DNA of 64,000 bases from Candidatus Micrarchaeaceae archaeon (GCA_035531715.1 DATKSI010000034.1:7822-71821); one strand, 5' to 3'. Positions 18,173 through 27,259 are shown, counted from the first letter of the stretch. Numbers and translations: made by a program. The notes: generated by a model from the letters alone, not told the origin.

Positions 18173-18841
18173 GTGAGCCACTCCGCCCGCGAGAGTGAGT
18201 TGCACACCCCGCGGCTTTGGCTGCGGAACTGGCACCCTGAAGACCGCGCGCCATTCGCCGCGCTAAACGCCGATCCCGCGGTGATGGAGCACTTCCCGGC
18301 ACCGCTTTCACCGCCCGAGAGCGACATCCTGGTCGACGGGATCACGGCGCATTGGGAGGCTCAGGGGTTTGGGCTGTGGGTGGTGGAGATCAGCGTAACC
18401 GGCGAATTTGCTGGGTTTGTGGGGCTTAGCCAGGTCAACTTCCGCGCCCACTTCACGCCCGCCGTCGAGGTGGGATGGCGCTTGGCCAGGCGGTTCTGGC
18501 ACCAAGGCTTCGCCACCGAAGCTGCCCAGGTCGCACTAACCCGCGGCTTCCACGACCTCGAACTGGCCGAGATAGTTTCGTTCACCACCGAGTCGAATGT
18601 GCGCTCGCGGCGGGTCATGGAGCGTCTGGGGATGCACCAGAACGCGGCGGACGACTTTCGTCATCCGAACCTGCCTGCCGACCATCCCTTGAGTCCGCAC
18701 GTCCTGTACCGACTGACCCGGAGCGAGTGGTCGGCTGCCGGAGCCTCCGATCCGCCATCCCTCCCGGCGGGGTCAGTCCGCACGGTCCGCCCCAGCCTCA
18801 GCTCCGAGCCAGGTCACGTCCAATCCTTGACCGCCGGCTGA
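18173..18841 (+). CDS. GNAT family N-acetyltransferase
   Basis: LHTPRLWLRNWHPEDRAPFAALNADPAVMEHF..., WHQGFATEAAQVAL... and SNVRSRRVMERLGM (RimJ-like pattern). Confidence 0.75.
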   Translation: MSHSARESELHTPRLWLRNWHPEDRAPFAALNADPAVMEHFPAPLSPPESDILVDGITAHWEAQGFGLWVVEISVTGEFAGFVGLSQVNFRAHFTPAVEVGWRLARRFWHQGFATEAAQVALTRGFHDLELAEIVSFTTESNVRSRRVMERLGMHQNAADDFRHPNLPADHPLSPHVLYRLTRSEWSAAGASDPPSLPAGSVRTVRPSLSSEPGHVQSLTAG

Positions 18842-18996
18842 CGAGCCTGCCCGCCTGCACCGGGATGGCGTGTGGGTGGCGCCCCGTCGGCAGGTGCAGA
18901 GCCTCCACCATGACCCTAATCGGGGCGGAGAGCGGTACTGTCTGGGGCGAGAATGCGACTGAGCCGGTTTTCGCGGGCGCCCCGGGAGGGGGACCA

Positions 18997-20004
18997 ATGA
19001 CGCAATTCGCCTTCGATGACCAGGTGGCGGGCCAAGCCATGGCGGTGGCCGAAGCCTTGAGCTCGGGCGAGGTGCCCGCGCTCGACCGGGACCGCCCGCT
19101 GCTTTTGGCCGGGATCGGCACCTCCTTGCATGCCTGCCGCGTGGCCGCCTACTGGGTTGCTGAACTCTCGGGGGGACGGCTTCGGCCGACAGCACTCGAG
19201 GCGCATGAGTTCGCGCTCCATGGTCAGCTCCGCCCGGATGATCAACTGGTGGTAGTGAGCCACCGGGGCACGAAGCGCTTTCCCAATGAGCTGCTATCTC
19301 AGGCAACGGCGGTGGGGGCAACCACGGTGCTGGTCACCGGGTGGGGCAATCCGAGCCCCAGCGGCGAATTCGTGCTGCGCACCTGTCCGGACGAGCGCGC
19401 CGGCACCCATTCGGTCTCATACCTCACCGCCCTCGCCGTTCTCGGTCGGTTGGTAGCGCGCCTGCTTGGCTCCGAGGCGGACCCGTTTGCGCTGGCCCTG
19501 GCCAGCGTCCCGTCCGTGATCGCGGAGACGCTCGAGTATCCGGTCCCGACCGAGGCGGCCGAGCGGCTGGCCCACCGGGAGCCGATTGTGGTGACCGGCT
19601 TCGGGATAGATGCGATCACCGCCGAGGAGGCCGCGCTCAAGCTCAAGGAGGGTACGTACATCTTCGCTGAGGGGATGTCCGAGGAATTCGCCCTGCACGG
19701 GACTCCCGCGGTCTTTGACCGCCGGATGGCTGCCGTGCTGATCACCCCTGGCCGGGACGATGGCGGGCGCCTCCAGGAGTTGCGCGGCCTGCTTCAAGAG
19801 CTTGGACTCGATGTCCTGACCCTTGGTGACGAGGGAGCGGACCTGCGCTTCGCCAAGGTGAATTACCTGCTCCGCCCGCTGGTCGCGATCGTGCCGCTGC
19901 AGCGGCTGGTAGGCGAGCTTGCCCGGCTCAAAGGCTCCAACCCTGACTCGATCCGCGCTGATCAGCCGCCTTGGTCGATGGCAGTCCCCAAGATTCACCT
20001 CTGA
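18997..20004 (+). CDS. Double SIS-domain sugar-phosphate isomerase/aminotransferase-like protein (GlmS C-terminal/AgaS/FrlB-like)
   Basis: LLLAGIGTSLHACRVAAYW, VVVSHRGTKRF and the second SIS segment VVTGFGIDAITAEEAALKLKEGTYIFAEGMSEEFALHG. Start is ATG 18997 or ATG 18910; the ORF-track start at 18475 overlaps the GNAT gene. Confidence 0.75.
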   Translation: MTQFAFDDQVAGQAMAVAEALSSGEVPALDRDRPLLLAGIGTSLHACRVAAYWVAELSGGRLRPTALEAHEFALHGQLRPDDQLVVVSHRGTKRFPNELLSQATAVGATTVLVTGWGNPSPSGEFVLRTCPDERAGTHSVSYLTALAVLGRLVARLLGSEADPFALALASVPSVIAETLEYPVPTEAAERLAHREPIVVTGFGIDAITAEEAALKLKEGTYIFAEGMSEEFALHGTPAVFDRRMAAVLITPGRDDGGRLQELRGLLQELGLDVLTLGDEGADLRFAKVNYLLRPLVAIVPLQRLVGELARLKGSNPDSIRADQPPWSMAVPKIHL

Positions 20005-20282
20005 GTCGAGGACGAGTCCCCAGCTGGTGAGTCTTCGAGAAAATGGCTCGGGCAGGGCCGGGGTAGTCGAGGCGCCCATCCCCTACTCGGCAGGCGACCC
20101 GTCCCTTTGCCGCGACAGTTTCCTAGGGGCCAGTTCCGGTGACTCTCCCGTCCCGCAGGCGACTGATACGATCCCCAATTAGCTGAGCAGAGAGGCGGTG
20201 AGCTCTCCCCGGGTGGTACCTGGTGCGGATCGGGGATGGCGCCGGAGCAGTTCTTCTGGGTGCGTCTGCGCGGGGGTGAACC

Positions 20283-21995
20283 ATGCGGCTGGGCAAGATC
20301 TTTCAGCCCTTCCGGGCGGCGCTGTCCCATCGGGACCTCCGGCTACTTCTCTCGGGGGAGGCCATCTCGGCGACTGGGTCTTGGGCCTACAACGTCGCCC
20401 TCGCAGTCTATGTGTTCGAGCGCACCCATTCGGCGATCGCCGTGTCGGCGGTTTTCCTGGTGCGCTTCGTGCCGGCCATGTTCCTCTCGCCGTATGGGGG
20501 AATCGTCGCCGAGCGATTGGAGCGGGTGCGGCTGCTGATCACCTGCGACCTGGTGCTCATGGCGGTGCAGGTTCTGCTCTGCGTAGTGGTTCTGGTTCAC
20601 ACCCCGATCGCCGTGATCCTGGTCCTGGCCGGGATCGCCGCCATCTGTGCTCAGCCCTACGCCCCGGCGGTGGCCGCCATGATCCCCCAGTTGGCGGGAG
20701 AGGACGACCTGGCGGCCGCCAACGCTGTCAATGGCACGATCGACAACCTGGTGATCATCTTGGGGCCGGCAGTCGGCGCCCTGCTGCTCCTGGCGGGCTC
20801 GGCGGCGGCGGTCTTCGCCATCAACGCCGCCAGTTTTCTGGTGGCGGGGCTGCTGGTCAGCCGGCTTCGCGCCCGCTCTCATCCCAGCGACGTCAGCGAG
20901 GGTGGCTCCGCCGGAGTACTGCGTCAAGTGTGGATGGGATTCACTGCGATCCGCGAGTCCTCGGTGGTGTTCACCCTGGTCAGCTTCAGTGTTCTGGCCA
21001 GCTTCGTCTACGGCACCGATACCGTGCTGTTCGTCTACATCAGCAAGCTGCAGCTGGGCACCGGGGCCACCGGCTTCGGCTATCTGATGGCGGCCATGGG
21101 GGTCGGAGGAATCCTGGCGGCGCTGGTGGTCAACCAGCTGGCCGCTCGGCCGCGCCTGGGTCTGATCATTACCATGGGGATGGTGGTGTACTGCGTGCCC
21201 ACCGCTCTCATCCTCCTGGTTCATGCCCCGACGGTGGGCTTCCTGTTGGAGGTCGTGCGAGGAGCCGGCACCTTGGTGGTGGATGTGCTGGCGGTGACCG
21301 CCATGCAGCGCTCGGTTGCCCCCACCATGGTGGCCCGCGTGTTCGGGGTCTTTTTCGCGCTGGCCCTAGGCGCGATCTCCCTCGGCTCGGTCCTGGGGGC
21401 GGCCGCGATCAGCACTCTCGGGTTGCGCGGGAGCCTGCTGCTGGCGGGACTGGGGATCCCCGGCCTGGCCTGCTGCGCCTATCCCTGGCTCCATCGCATG
21501 GACCGTACGGCACTGCGGCGGGTGGCCGAGCTGGCGCCGCGGATCAAGATTCTCGAGCAGTTGGGGATCTTCGCCGCCGGCTCGCGGGCCGCCCTGGAAC
21601 GACTGGCTGCTGCTTGCGTCGAGACGACTGTTCCGGCGGGCGAGGTGATCATCCGGGAAGGGGACCCGGCGGACGCCTTCTACGTCCTGCTCAACGGCGA
21701 GGTAGCGGTCTCGGCCCAAGGTGAAGCCCAACGCTCCCGGCGACTGCGGGAGATGGGCCCCGGCACCTACTTCGGAGAGATCGGGCTGCTGGCGAAAGTT
21801 CCCCGGACCGCCACCGTCGAGGCGCTGGAACCGTGCACCCTTTATCGCATCGCCGGCCAGGACTTCATCGACGCCCTCACCACCAGTTCTCCCAGCGGGG
21901 GGTTGCTGGAGGGTGCCAAGACCCGTTTGGCCCAATCCCACCCCTCATACGCCCCCACCTTCCTGGGCGACACCCAAGCTGCTGCCGAGAGCTAG
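20283..21995 (+). CDS. MFS transporter fused to a C-terminal cyclic-nucleotide-binding domain
   Basis: The N-terminal ~400 aa has 12 TM helices (MFS_3/EntS-like start LLLSGEAISATGSWAYNVAL). The C-terminus has GEVIIREGDPADAFYVLLNGEV...FGEIGLLAKVPRTATVEALEPCTLYRI, the cNMP-binding signature. Confidence 0.8.
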   Translation: MRLGKIFQPFRAALSHRDLRLLLSGEAISATGSWAYNVALAVYVFERTHSAIAVSAVFLVRFVPAMFLSPYGGIVAERLERVRLLITCDLVLMAVQVLLCVVVLVHTPIAVILVLAGIAAICAQPYAPAVAAMIPQLAGEDDLAAANAVNGTIDNLVIILGPAVGALLLLAGSAAAVFAINAASFLVAGLLVSRLRARSHPSDVSEGGSAGVLRQVWMGFTAIRESSVVFTLVSFSVLASFVYGTDTVLFVYISKLQLGTGATGFGYLMAAMGVGGILAALVVNQLAARPRLGLIITMGMVVYCVPTALILLVHAPTVGFLLEVVRGAGTLVVDVLAVTAMQRSVAPTMVARVFGVFFALALGAISLGSVLGAAAISTLGLRGSLLLAGLGIPGLACCAYPWLHRMDRTALRRVAELAPRIKILEQLGIFAAGSRAALERLAAACVETTVPAGEVIIREGDPADAFYVLLNGEVAVSAQGEAQRSRRLREMGPGTYFGEIGLLAKVPRTATVEALEPCTLYRIAGQDFIDALTTSSPSGGLLEGAKTRLAQSHPSYAPTFLGDTQAAAES

Positions 21996-22095
21996 CCGAG
22001 CCGAAGCGCCGGAGGCGCGGCGGGCTGGGCCCCCACGGGGAATGCTCGACGCAACTCCCCGCGGTCTCGGCTACCGGCCCACCGCGCAGCTCCGC

Positions 22096-22662
22096 TCAGT
22101 GACCTGTCGGCAATCCTCTGGGCTTGCCGGTCGGGTGGTTGGTCGGGAGGCCACTGGGCTTGCCGGTCGGGTGGTTGGTCGGAAGTCCGCTCGGCTTGCC
22201 CGTCGGGTGCGAAGTTGGCAGGCCGCTTGGACCACCCTTCGCGTGCAGGACGCGCTCTTGCTGGCCATGCTGCTTGGCGAAGGCACTGACGCACTGCCCC
22301 ACGTTCTGCTTCGCGGTGGCGGAGCTGCTCGGGGTAGCGCTGGGCCCGTACTCAGCCTTGCAGGTAGTCACGGCCTGAACCACAGCCTGACCCCAGTTCA
22401 CGGGATTGGCGCTGCCGGTGGCGATCGCGGCCGCGGTACCACCGCCCACCGAGACGGCGGCGACGGTGAGTCCGATGGCGGCTTTGGCCGACAGGCCGGC
22501 CGCGAATTGGGGCAAGAACGACATCTGAGCACCTCCGGAGAGGAAAGCAGCGTGGTAGCGGGCGGCCTCGGGCAGCGGACTAACACCCTGATGGGCAGCC
22601 GCCTTCTGCTTGAGCTCCCGCTCGAGCAGGTGGTCGAGGCCGGATTCGGTACTGCTTTCCAT
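22096..22662 (-). CDS. Putative membrane anti-sigma factor with Pro/Gly/Thr-rich repeat tail
   Basis: Starts 5 nt after the ECF sigma stop. Short cytoplasmic N-terminus, one TM helix (AAIGLTVAAVSVGGGTAAAIA), and an extracytoplasmic part ending in 12-aa repeats GLPT(S/N)HPTGKP(S/R). The call is by position only. Confidence 0.45.
   Translation of the reverse strand: MESSTESGLDHLLERELKQKAAAHQGVSPLPEAARYHAAFLSGGAQMSFLPQFAAGLSAKAAIGLTVAAVSVGGGTAAAIATGSANPVNWGQAVVQAVTTCKAEYGPSATPSSSATAKQNVGQCVSAFAKQHGQQERVLHAKGGPSGLPTSHPTGKPSGLPTNHPTGKPSGLPTNHPTGKPRGLPTGH
22099..22228. repeat. 36-bp tandem repeat (3 full copies plus a partial copy), coding
   Basis: Copies at 22121-22156, 22157-22192 and 22193-22228 all begin ggcttgcc(g/c)gtcgggtg. 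They encode the 12-aa repeat at the C-terminus of the 22096-22662 product. Confidence 0.8.
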
Positions 22663-22666
22663 TGGA

Positions 22667-23290
22667 CTAACTGCCAGAAGAGACGCGCTTCCCCGCTGGA
22701 CTAACCATTTCGCCTTGCGACCGTCTCCCCTCCAGCCTTCCTCGGAGCCGGGCCTTTCCGGCCGCGAGCCGAGAGGCGACCGTCGCCTCGGGCACGCCCA
22801 TGGCGGCCGCTATCTCCCGATTGCTGTAGCCGTGGAGATGGCGGAGTACCAGCACCGCAGCCTGCTTGGTCGGCAGCGCCCGCAGTTCCTTGAGCAGATC
22901 GATCGCGTCAGAGGTCGGCTCTCCACCCTGGGAGTGGGGCCGGCCTAGCCGGCGGATCAGCTCCCCCGCCTCACGGAGTCGCTCGCGCCGACGCCACGAG
23001 AAGGCCGTATTGAGGGCAATCCGATACAACCACGCTTCTGCCGGTGCCGCCTGGTTCCAACGCCCCCAGCCTCGAAAGGCCCGCATGAAGGCGTCCTGGG
23101 CGCAGTCTTCGGCGGCCGCGGGATCCCTCAGCAGAACCACCAAGGTCGCGTATATCCGCGGGTAGTTGGCTTGGTAGAGCCGGTCGAAATCGTCCTTCGA
23201 TCCGGGTCGGTAGGCCTGCTGTTGCACGGTGGTCAGTATTGACCAGGTGGAGTCAGAGTCATCCCTTGTGAGCGGATCCGTGTCACCCAC
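22667..23290 (-). CDS. ECF-type RNA polymerase sigma-70 family factor
   Basis: Region 2 (YPRIYATLVVLLRDPAAAEDCAQDAFMRAFRGW...WLYRIALNTAFSWRRR) and region 4 (LPTKQAAVLVLRHLHGYSNREIAAAMGVPEATVASRLAAGKARL). Confidence 0.85.
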   Translation of the reverse strand: MGDTDPLTRDDSDSTWSILTTVQQQAYRPGSKDDFDRLYQANYPRIYATLVVLLRDPAAAEDCAQDAFMRAFRGWGRWNQAAPAEAWLYRIALNTAFSWRRRERLREAGELIRRLGRPHSQGGEPTSDAIDLLKELRALPTKQAAVLVLRHLHGYSNREIAAAMGVPEATVASRLAAGKARLRGRLEGRRSQGEMVSPAGKRVSSGS

Positions 23291-23585
23291 GTGCCGGTGG
23301 GTGAGGCTGGGCGCGAGGGTCGGCTCTCCCGGCGCCTTTGTCGCGGCCGCGGGAGGGTTGCCGATTGGGCCGGCAAAAATACCGACAGGCCGAGCCGCAC
23401 CCGACCGGCTGGCAGATCACTGGCTGGGCTCCACCGCAGCCGGGAGGGTCACGGTGTGATCAGGCGGTTTAGGGTCGGTCGTGCCTCAGCGCCTGGCCCG
23501 GTCAGGAGCTCTTTTGGGTCGCGGACCTACCAACCGGCAGCGTTGGGGAGAGTGACTCGACCGGGTCCCGGCGGCTGTCTGTGCC

Positions 23586-24869
23586 TCAGGGGTAGTTGAC
23601 GGGGCTGCCGAGGCCGGTGACCAGATCGTAGCCAGCACCGGCGGTGCAGTCGGTCCCGCAGCTGCCATTGCTCCCGCTGGCGATGTCGCGGAGATTGGTT
23701 CGGTACCCGCCGCCGTAGATTGCGGCAGCGCCCTCGAGGGCTATCGCCCCGGCCGCTCTCCCCGCAGCTAGGATGCCTGCCCAGTTGGGCGCGCCGACGC
23801 TGGTGCCTCCCAGGGTGAACCACCCATGCTGGCCCTGGTACTTAGTGCTGTCGTATACCGAAACCCCAGTGTTCGGGTTGGCGTCGAAGGAGACATCCGG
23901 CACGCCCCTTCGGCCGCCGGTGAGACCACCGATGGTGCTGGCCCCGAACACCGGTCCGGAATAGGAAGATTGGTCTCCGGGGAGGGCTTCCGTGCTGGAG
24001 ATTCCGCCGCCAGACCCCGACCAGGCGCTTTCGCCAGTGAACCCCGCGCAGGAGGTGCCGGCGCAGCCGTTGAGGGTTGTCCCGCCGACCGCGATCACCT
24101 TGGGTGATGCAGATGGGTACTCGGTCCCGTGCCCGCTGTCGCCTGACGACACAGTGTAGAAGGTGCCTACCTGGGCCATCACCGAGTCATAGGCGGTCTC
24201 CCCGCTGAACTCCCCCGCGCCCCAGCTCATGGAGACCTCGGTGGCGCCGATGCCGTTGGCATAGCTGACCGCGCTGAAGAGGTTGCTGATCGAGGCAGAC
24301 GCAGCCTCCACCAGCACGATCTTGGCGCCCGGCGCCTCTGCGTGCGCCCACTCGACGTCGAGCGACTCCTCGAGCACCCAACCACTATTGACGCTCGGGG
24401 TGCCCTGGGGATCGGCCTGGAAAAGGCAGGGGCCATTCGAATTCACGGAGCTGCACGCCGAGACCTGAGGGTACCCATATTCGGCGTTCCAGGCATTGAG
24501 GTCGGTGAGCACGTGGGGGTCGTGGTAGGCGTCCACGATGGCAATCACCTGCCCCGTGCCCGCTTTAGAAGAGGCGGCGAGCCCGGATAGCTTGTAGACG
24601 CTTTGAACCTGGCTCGGGGGGAGACCGCTCGGTCTACTGGCTGCCAGCTTCGGACTCCCGTCCGGGAGTTGGCCGATCTGCTTGACTCGGAAAGGCGGGG
24701 CAGCGTTATGGCCCTGCGGGTAAGGAGATTGGGCAAGAGCAGGCGCCGCCCCGGACACACCCAGGAGAAACGCGCCTGCCGCGAGACTCGAGACCACCGC
24801 ACGAAGACGCGTCACCCCTGCCTCCTGAAAGCGACCCGCACCGGGGAGCACCCATTGAACCCCCGCCAA
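23586..24869 (-). CDS. Secreted S53 (sedolisin/kumamolisin-like) serine peptidase
   Basis: Signal peptide (a GTG 24815 start is also possible). GQVIAIVDAYHDP, EESLDVEWAHAEAPGAKI, SSGDSG and GGTSVGAPNWAGILA fit the S53 Glu/Asp/Ser arrangement. Confidence 0.75.
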   Translation of the reverse strand: MAGVQWVLPGAGRFQEAGVTRLRAVVSSLAAGAFLLGVSGAAPALAQSPYPQGHNAAPPFRVKQIGQLPDGSPKLAASRPSGLPPSQVQSVYKLSGLAASSKAGTGQVIAIVDAYHDPHVLTDLNAWNAEYGYPQVSACSSVNSNGPCLFQADPQGTPSVNSGWVLEESLDVEWAHAEAPGAKIVLVEAASASISNLFSAVSYANGIGATEVSMSWGAGEFSGETAYDSVMAQVGTFYTVSSGDSGHGTEYPSASPKVIAVGGTTLNGCAGTSCAGFTGESAWSGSGGGISSTEALPGDQSSYSGPVFGASTIGGLTGGRRGVPDVSFDANPNTGVSVYDSTKYQGQHGWFTLGGTSVGAPNWAGILAAGRAAGAIALEGAAAIYGGGYRTNLRDIASGSNGSCGTDCTAGAGYDLVTGLGSPVNYP

Positions 24870-25236
24870 AGCCCGGTGTCAACCGGTTTTGGCCCCAGGA
24901 CTCGCCCAACGGAGCTGAGGAAGGGATGGTCCCCGATCCGCCCGACCCGAGCTCGGAGGCGGTTCCTCCCCGCCTTCCGAGCGCGGAGCGTGGCGGGCCT
25001 TTCCTCGAGTACCAGTGGGTCGCCCTTCAATTGCCCTCGGGGCATCTGCGCCAGAGTCTTCACTCCGGCGGAAGTGGATCACGGTGAAGGTAGGATTCGG
25101 GACTCCGAGTGCCTGGCCAAGAGTCGGGTTCCGCACCCCAACCCTCCTGTTTCAGGTCAGTCGCTGCGGCTGAGCCAGGGGATCGGCTACTCCCTGGCGG
25201 ACGACCCGGACTCCTGGAATCCGGGTGCATTGCGCC

Positions 25237-25659
25237 CTAAAGGTGTGGAGTGGCTGCCGCCGCCGGCAGTTCTGACGGGTGCGCGGCACGCATGTGCGCA
25301 CCCACGATGTCCCGCATCGACACGATGCCGACCAACTGTCCCTGCTCGTCGACAGCGAGCAGGTGGCGGAAGTGGCCCTTGATCATCTCCTGGGCGGCGG
25401 TGTCGAGGTCCCAGTTCGTGGCCGCTGTCCGCGCCTCGAAGGTCATGCACGCCTCCACCTGGGTTGCCTCGGGGTCGCGCCCCTCGGCGACCGCTCGCAT
25501 CACGTCGCGCTCGGTGATGATGCCCGGCCCAGGGATGCGTTCGTCGACCACCACCGCGGCGCCCACGCGGCGCTGCAACATCAGGCGAGCGGTCTCAGCG
25601 ACCGTGACGGCGGTCCCGACCAAAAGCAGGTCTGTGGACATCGCATCTTTGACGAGCAC
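25237..25659 (-). CDS. CBS-domain pair protein
   Basis: MLVKDAMSTDLLLVGTAVTVAETARLMLQRRVGAAVVVD..GIITERDVMRAV plus the second CBS segment GHFRHLLAVDEQGQLVGIVSMRDIV. Confidence 0.85.
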   Translation of the reverse strand: MLVKDAMSTDLLLVGTAVTVAETARLMLQRRVGAAVVVDERIPGPGIITERDVMRAVAEGRDPEATQVEACMTFEARTAATNWDLDTAAQEMIKGHFRHLLAVDEQGQLVGIVSMRDIVGAHMRAAHPSELPAAAATPHL

Positions 25660-25749
25660 GGATCCCTCCCCTTAGAGCATACCACCGCCGAAGGCCATCG
25701 GATCACGGCGACGGGCACGGTCGATAGTCTTTTCCGTGACCGCAGTTCG

Positions 25750-26742
25750 ATGACCACTTTGTCGGAAATTGTCGCCTTCCGGTCCCAGCAGGGCCGCAGC
25801 GGAGGGGGTGGCTGGGGTGAAGGCGTTGATCCACCTGAACCAGAAGCCTCGAGGCCGGGGAAGGCCAATGGGCGGCTTCAAGGACGGTTTCTGCCATCAT
25901 CCGGCGGGCGCTCGTCGCTGAGGGCATGGCTCTATCGGATCGCCACTAACCGGTGCCTCAACTCCATCCGTGATACCAAACGCCGCGCCCCACCCGCCCC
26001 AGTTCCGCCGTTCGAGCCGCCCGAACCCTCCCGGCGAGGAGAGGTCACCTGGCTGCAGCCCTACCCTGACGCCTGGCTCGACTGGGTACCCGACCCGGCA
26101 CCAGGACCCTCGGCCCGTTACCAGGCCCGTGAGGCCGTCCGGCTGGCGTTCGTCGCCGCCTTGCAGCGGCTCCCGCCACGCCAGACGGCGGTGGTGGTTC
26201 TCTGCGATGTGCTCGACTTCTCCCTCGCCGAGGTAGCAACCATGCTGGAGGCGACACCGGCGGCGGTCAAGGGCTTGCTACAACGAGCCCGAGCGTCCCT
26301 CGAGCGCCAGCATCTCACCGGAGCGGACCCCGCCCCCGTGCCCGGCTCAACCTCCGAGGTCGACTTGGCGCAACGCTTTGCCGATGCCTTCAGCTCCGAT
26401 GACGTCGACACCTTGGTGGCACTGCTCACCGACGACGCGTGGCTCGCCATGCCGCCTGCCCCTCATGAGTACCACGGCGCCGAGGCGATTACCAGGTTCC
26501 TGCGGGCGAGCACGGCGGGGCGAGCGGGGGCGCGCCTCGGGCTCGCCTCCACCCGGGCCAACGCCCAGCCCGCCTTCGTCTGCTATCTCGGACAACCAGA
26601 CGACCCTGCCGCCCAGCGGTCCGGCCTGGTCGTCCTCACCCTCTCGGGAGACCGGATCGCCGCCATCACTCGGTTTCTCGATCCCGAGCTGCCTTCGATC
26701 TTCGGCTTCGGGAACGCCCTGGCTGGGACCGGGGGCGGGTAA
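25750..26742 (+). CDS. Sigma-70 family factor with SnoaL-like C-terminal domain; N-terminal region not recognisable (possibly decayed)
   Basis: From GRSSLRAWLYRIATNRCLN onward there is region 2.3/2.4, WLQPYPD, region 4 (LPPRQTAVVVLCDVLDFSLAEVATMLEATPAAVKGLLQRARASL) and an NTF2/SnoaL-like tail. The first ~50 aa from ATG 25750 lack region 2.1/2.2 motifs in any frame. Confidence 0.6.
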   Translation: MTTLSEIVAFRSQQGRSGGGGWGEGVDPPEPEASRPGKANGRLQGRFLPSSGGRSSLRAWLYRIATNRCLNSIRDTKRRAPPAPVPPFEPPEPSRRGEVTWLQPYPDAWLDWVPDPAPGPSARYQAREAVRLAFVAALQRLPPRQTAVVVLCDVLDFSLAEVATMLEATPAAVKGLLQRARASLERQHLTGADPAPVPGSTSEVDLAQRFADAFSSDDVDTLVALLTDDAWLAMPPAPHEYHGAEAITRFLRASTAGRAGARLGLASTRANAQPAFVCYLGQPDDPAAQRSGLVVLTLSGDRIAAITRFLDPELPSIFGFGNALAGTGGG

Positions 26743-26780
26743 CACGTCACGACCAGCCACCTGCTCCTATCAGCTCACCT

Positions 26781-26800
26781 GCCGCCGGGACCCCGGCGGC
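26781..26800. terminator. GC-rich hairpin between convergent genes
   Basis: gccgccggg-ac-cccggcggc is a near-perfect palindrome (effective 7-bp stem and 6-nt loop). It sits between the sigma gene stop (26742) and the TfoX-like gene stop (26906). No U-tract. Confidence 0.35.
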
Positions 26801-26905
26801 CTGGGCACGCATCCAAGGGGCGGTCACCGGGATAGCACCGGGGGAAGGCGTTCTTCCAATTCAGTTGCCGATGGAAGACGCGCTCCGCCACTGGTGCATC
26901 GGCTC

Positions 26906-27259
26906 TCATCGGCGAGACCGTCCCTGTCCCTTCACGGGCAGTGAGCGCGCGCAGTCGACCCCTCGCTGAACCCATGCGGCGAGCTGCCGCTTGTTCCGAA
27001 GGTACTCAGGGGCAACTCGCACCCACCCTCGCATCCTCCGGCCGCTCATGACCGCCGCATCGGCCTTGGTAAAGGCAAGGAGCCCGTCAGTGTCGGCCGG
27101 GTCCACGCGGACCAGAACCCCTCCCTGGCCGCTAGCGGCGACGGCCATGCTCCCGCCGACCATAAACGCCAGCCCCCCGAACATCGGCTGCTCACTCACG
27201 CCCGACTCGCCGCCGAGCAGTTCCCGGATGCGATGGGCCAGATCGTCGTCGTATGCCAT
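26906..27259 (-). CDS. TfoX/Sxy N-terminal-domain family protein
   Basis: MAYDDDLAHRIRELL...EQPMFGGLAFMVGGSMAVAAS..GVLVRVDP...MRGWVRVAPEYL matches the TfoX_N pattern. Start chosen at ATG 27259. Confidence 0.7.
   Translation of the reverse strand: MAYDDDLAHRIRELLGGESGVSEQPMFGGLAFMVGGSMAVAASGQGGVLVRVDPADTDGLLAFTKADAAVMSGRRMRGWVRVAPEYLRNKRQLAAWVQRGVDCARSLPVKGQGRSRR

Noticed and set aside
20198-21724. Very long alternative-frame or antisense ORFs. Examples: 20198-21724 (+), 10513-11286 (-), 35623-36660 (-), 43089-44084 (-), 53289-54074 (-), 60461-61453 (-), 34947-36791 (+).
   Set aside because: Each lies inside or opposite a gene with clear family motifs. Their products are Arg/Pro/Gly/Ala-rich low-complexity strings, as expected from stop-codon-poor off-frames in high-GC DNA.
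22099-22228. Possible CRISPR array or other non-coding repeat array.
   Set aside because: The units are directly abutting 36-mers with no spacers, and they are in frame within a CDS encoding a 12-aa peptide repeat.
25279-26742. The 487-aa ORF read as one protein.
   Set aside because: The first ~155 codons are antisense to the well-supported CBS-domain gene (25237-25659). Only the part from about 25750 carries sigma-factor motifs.
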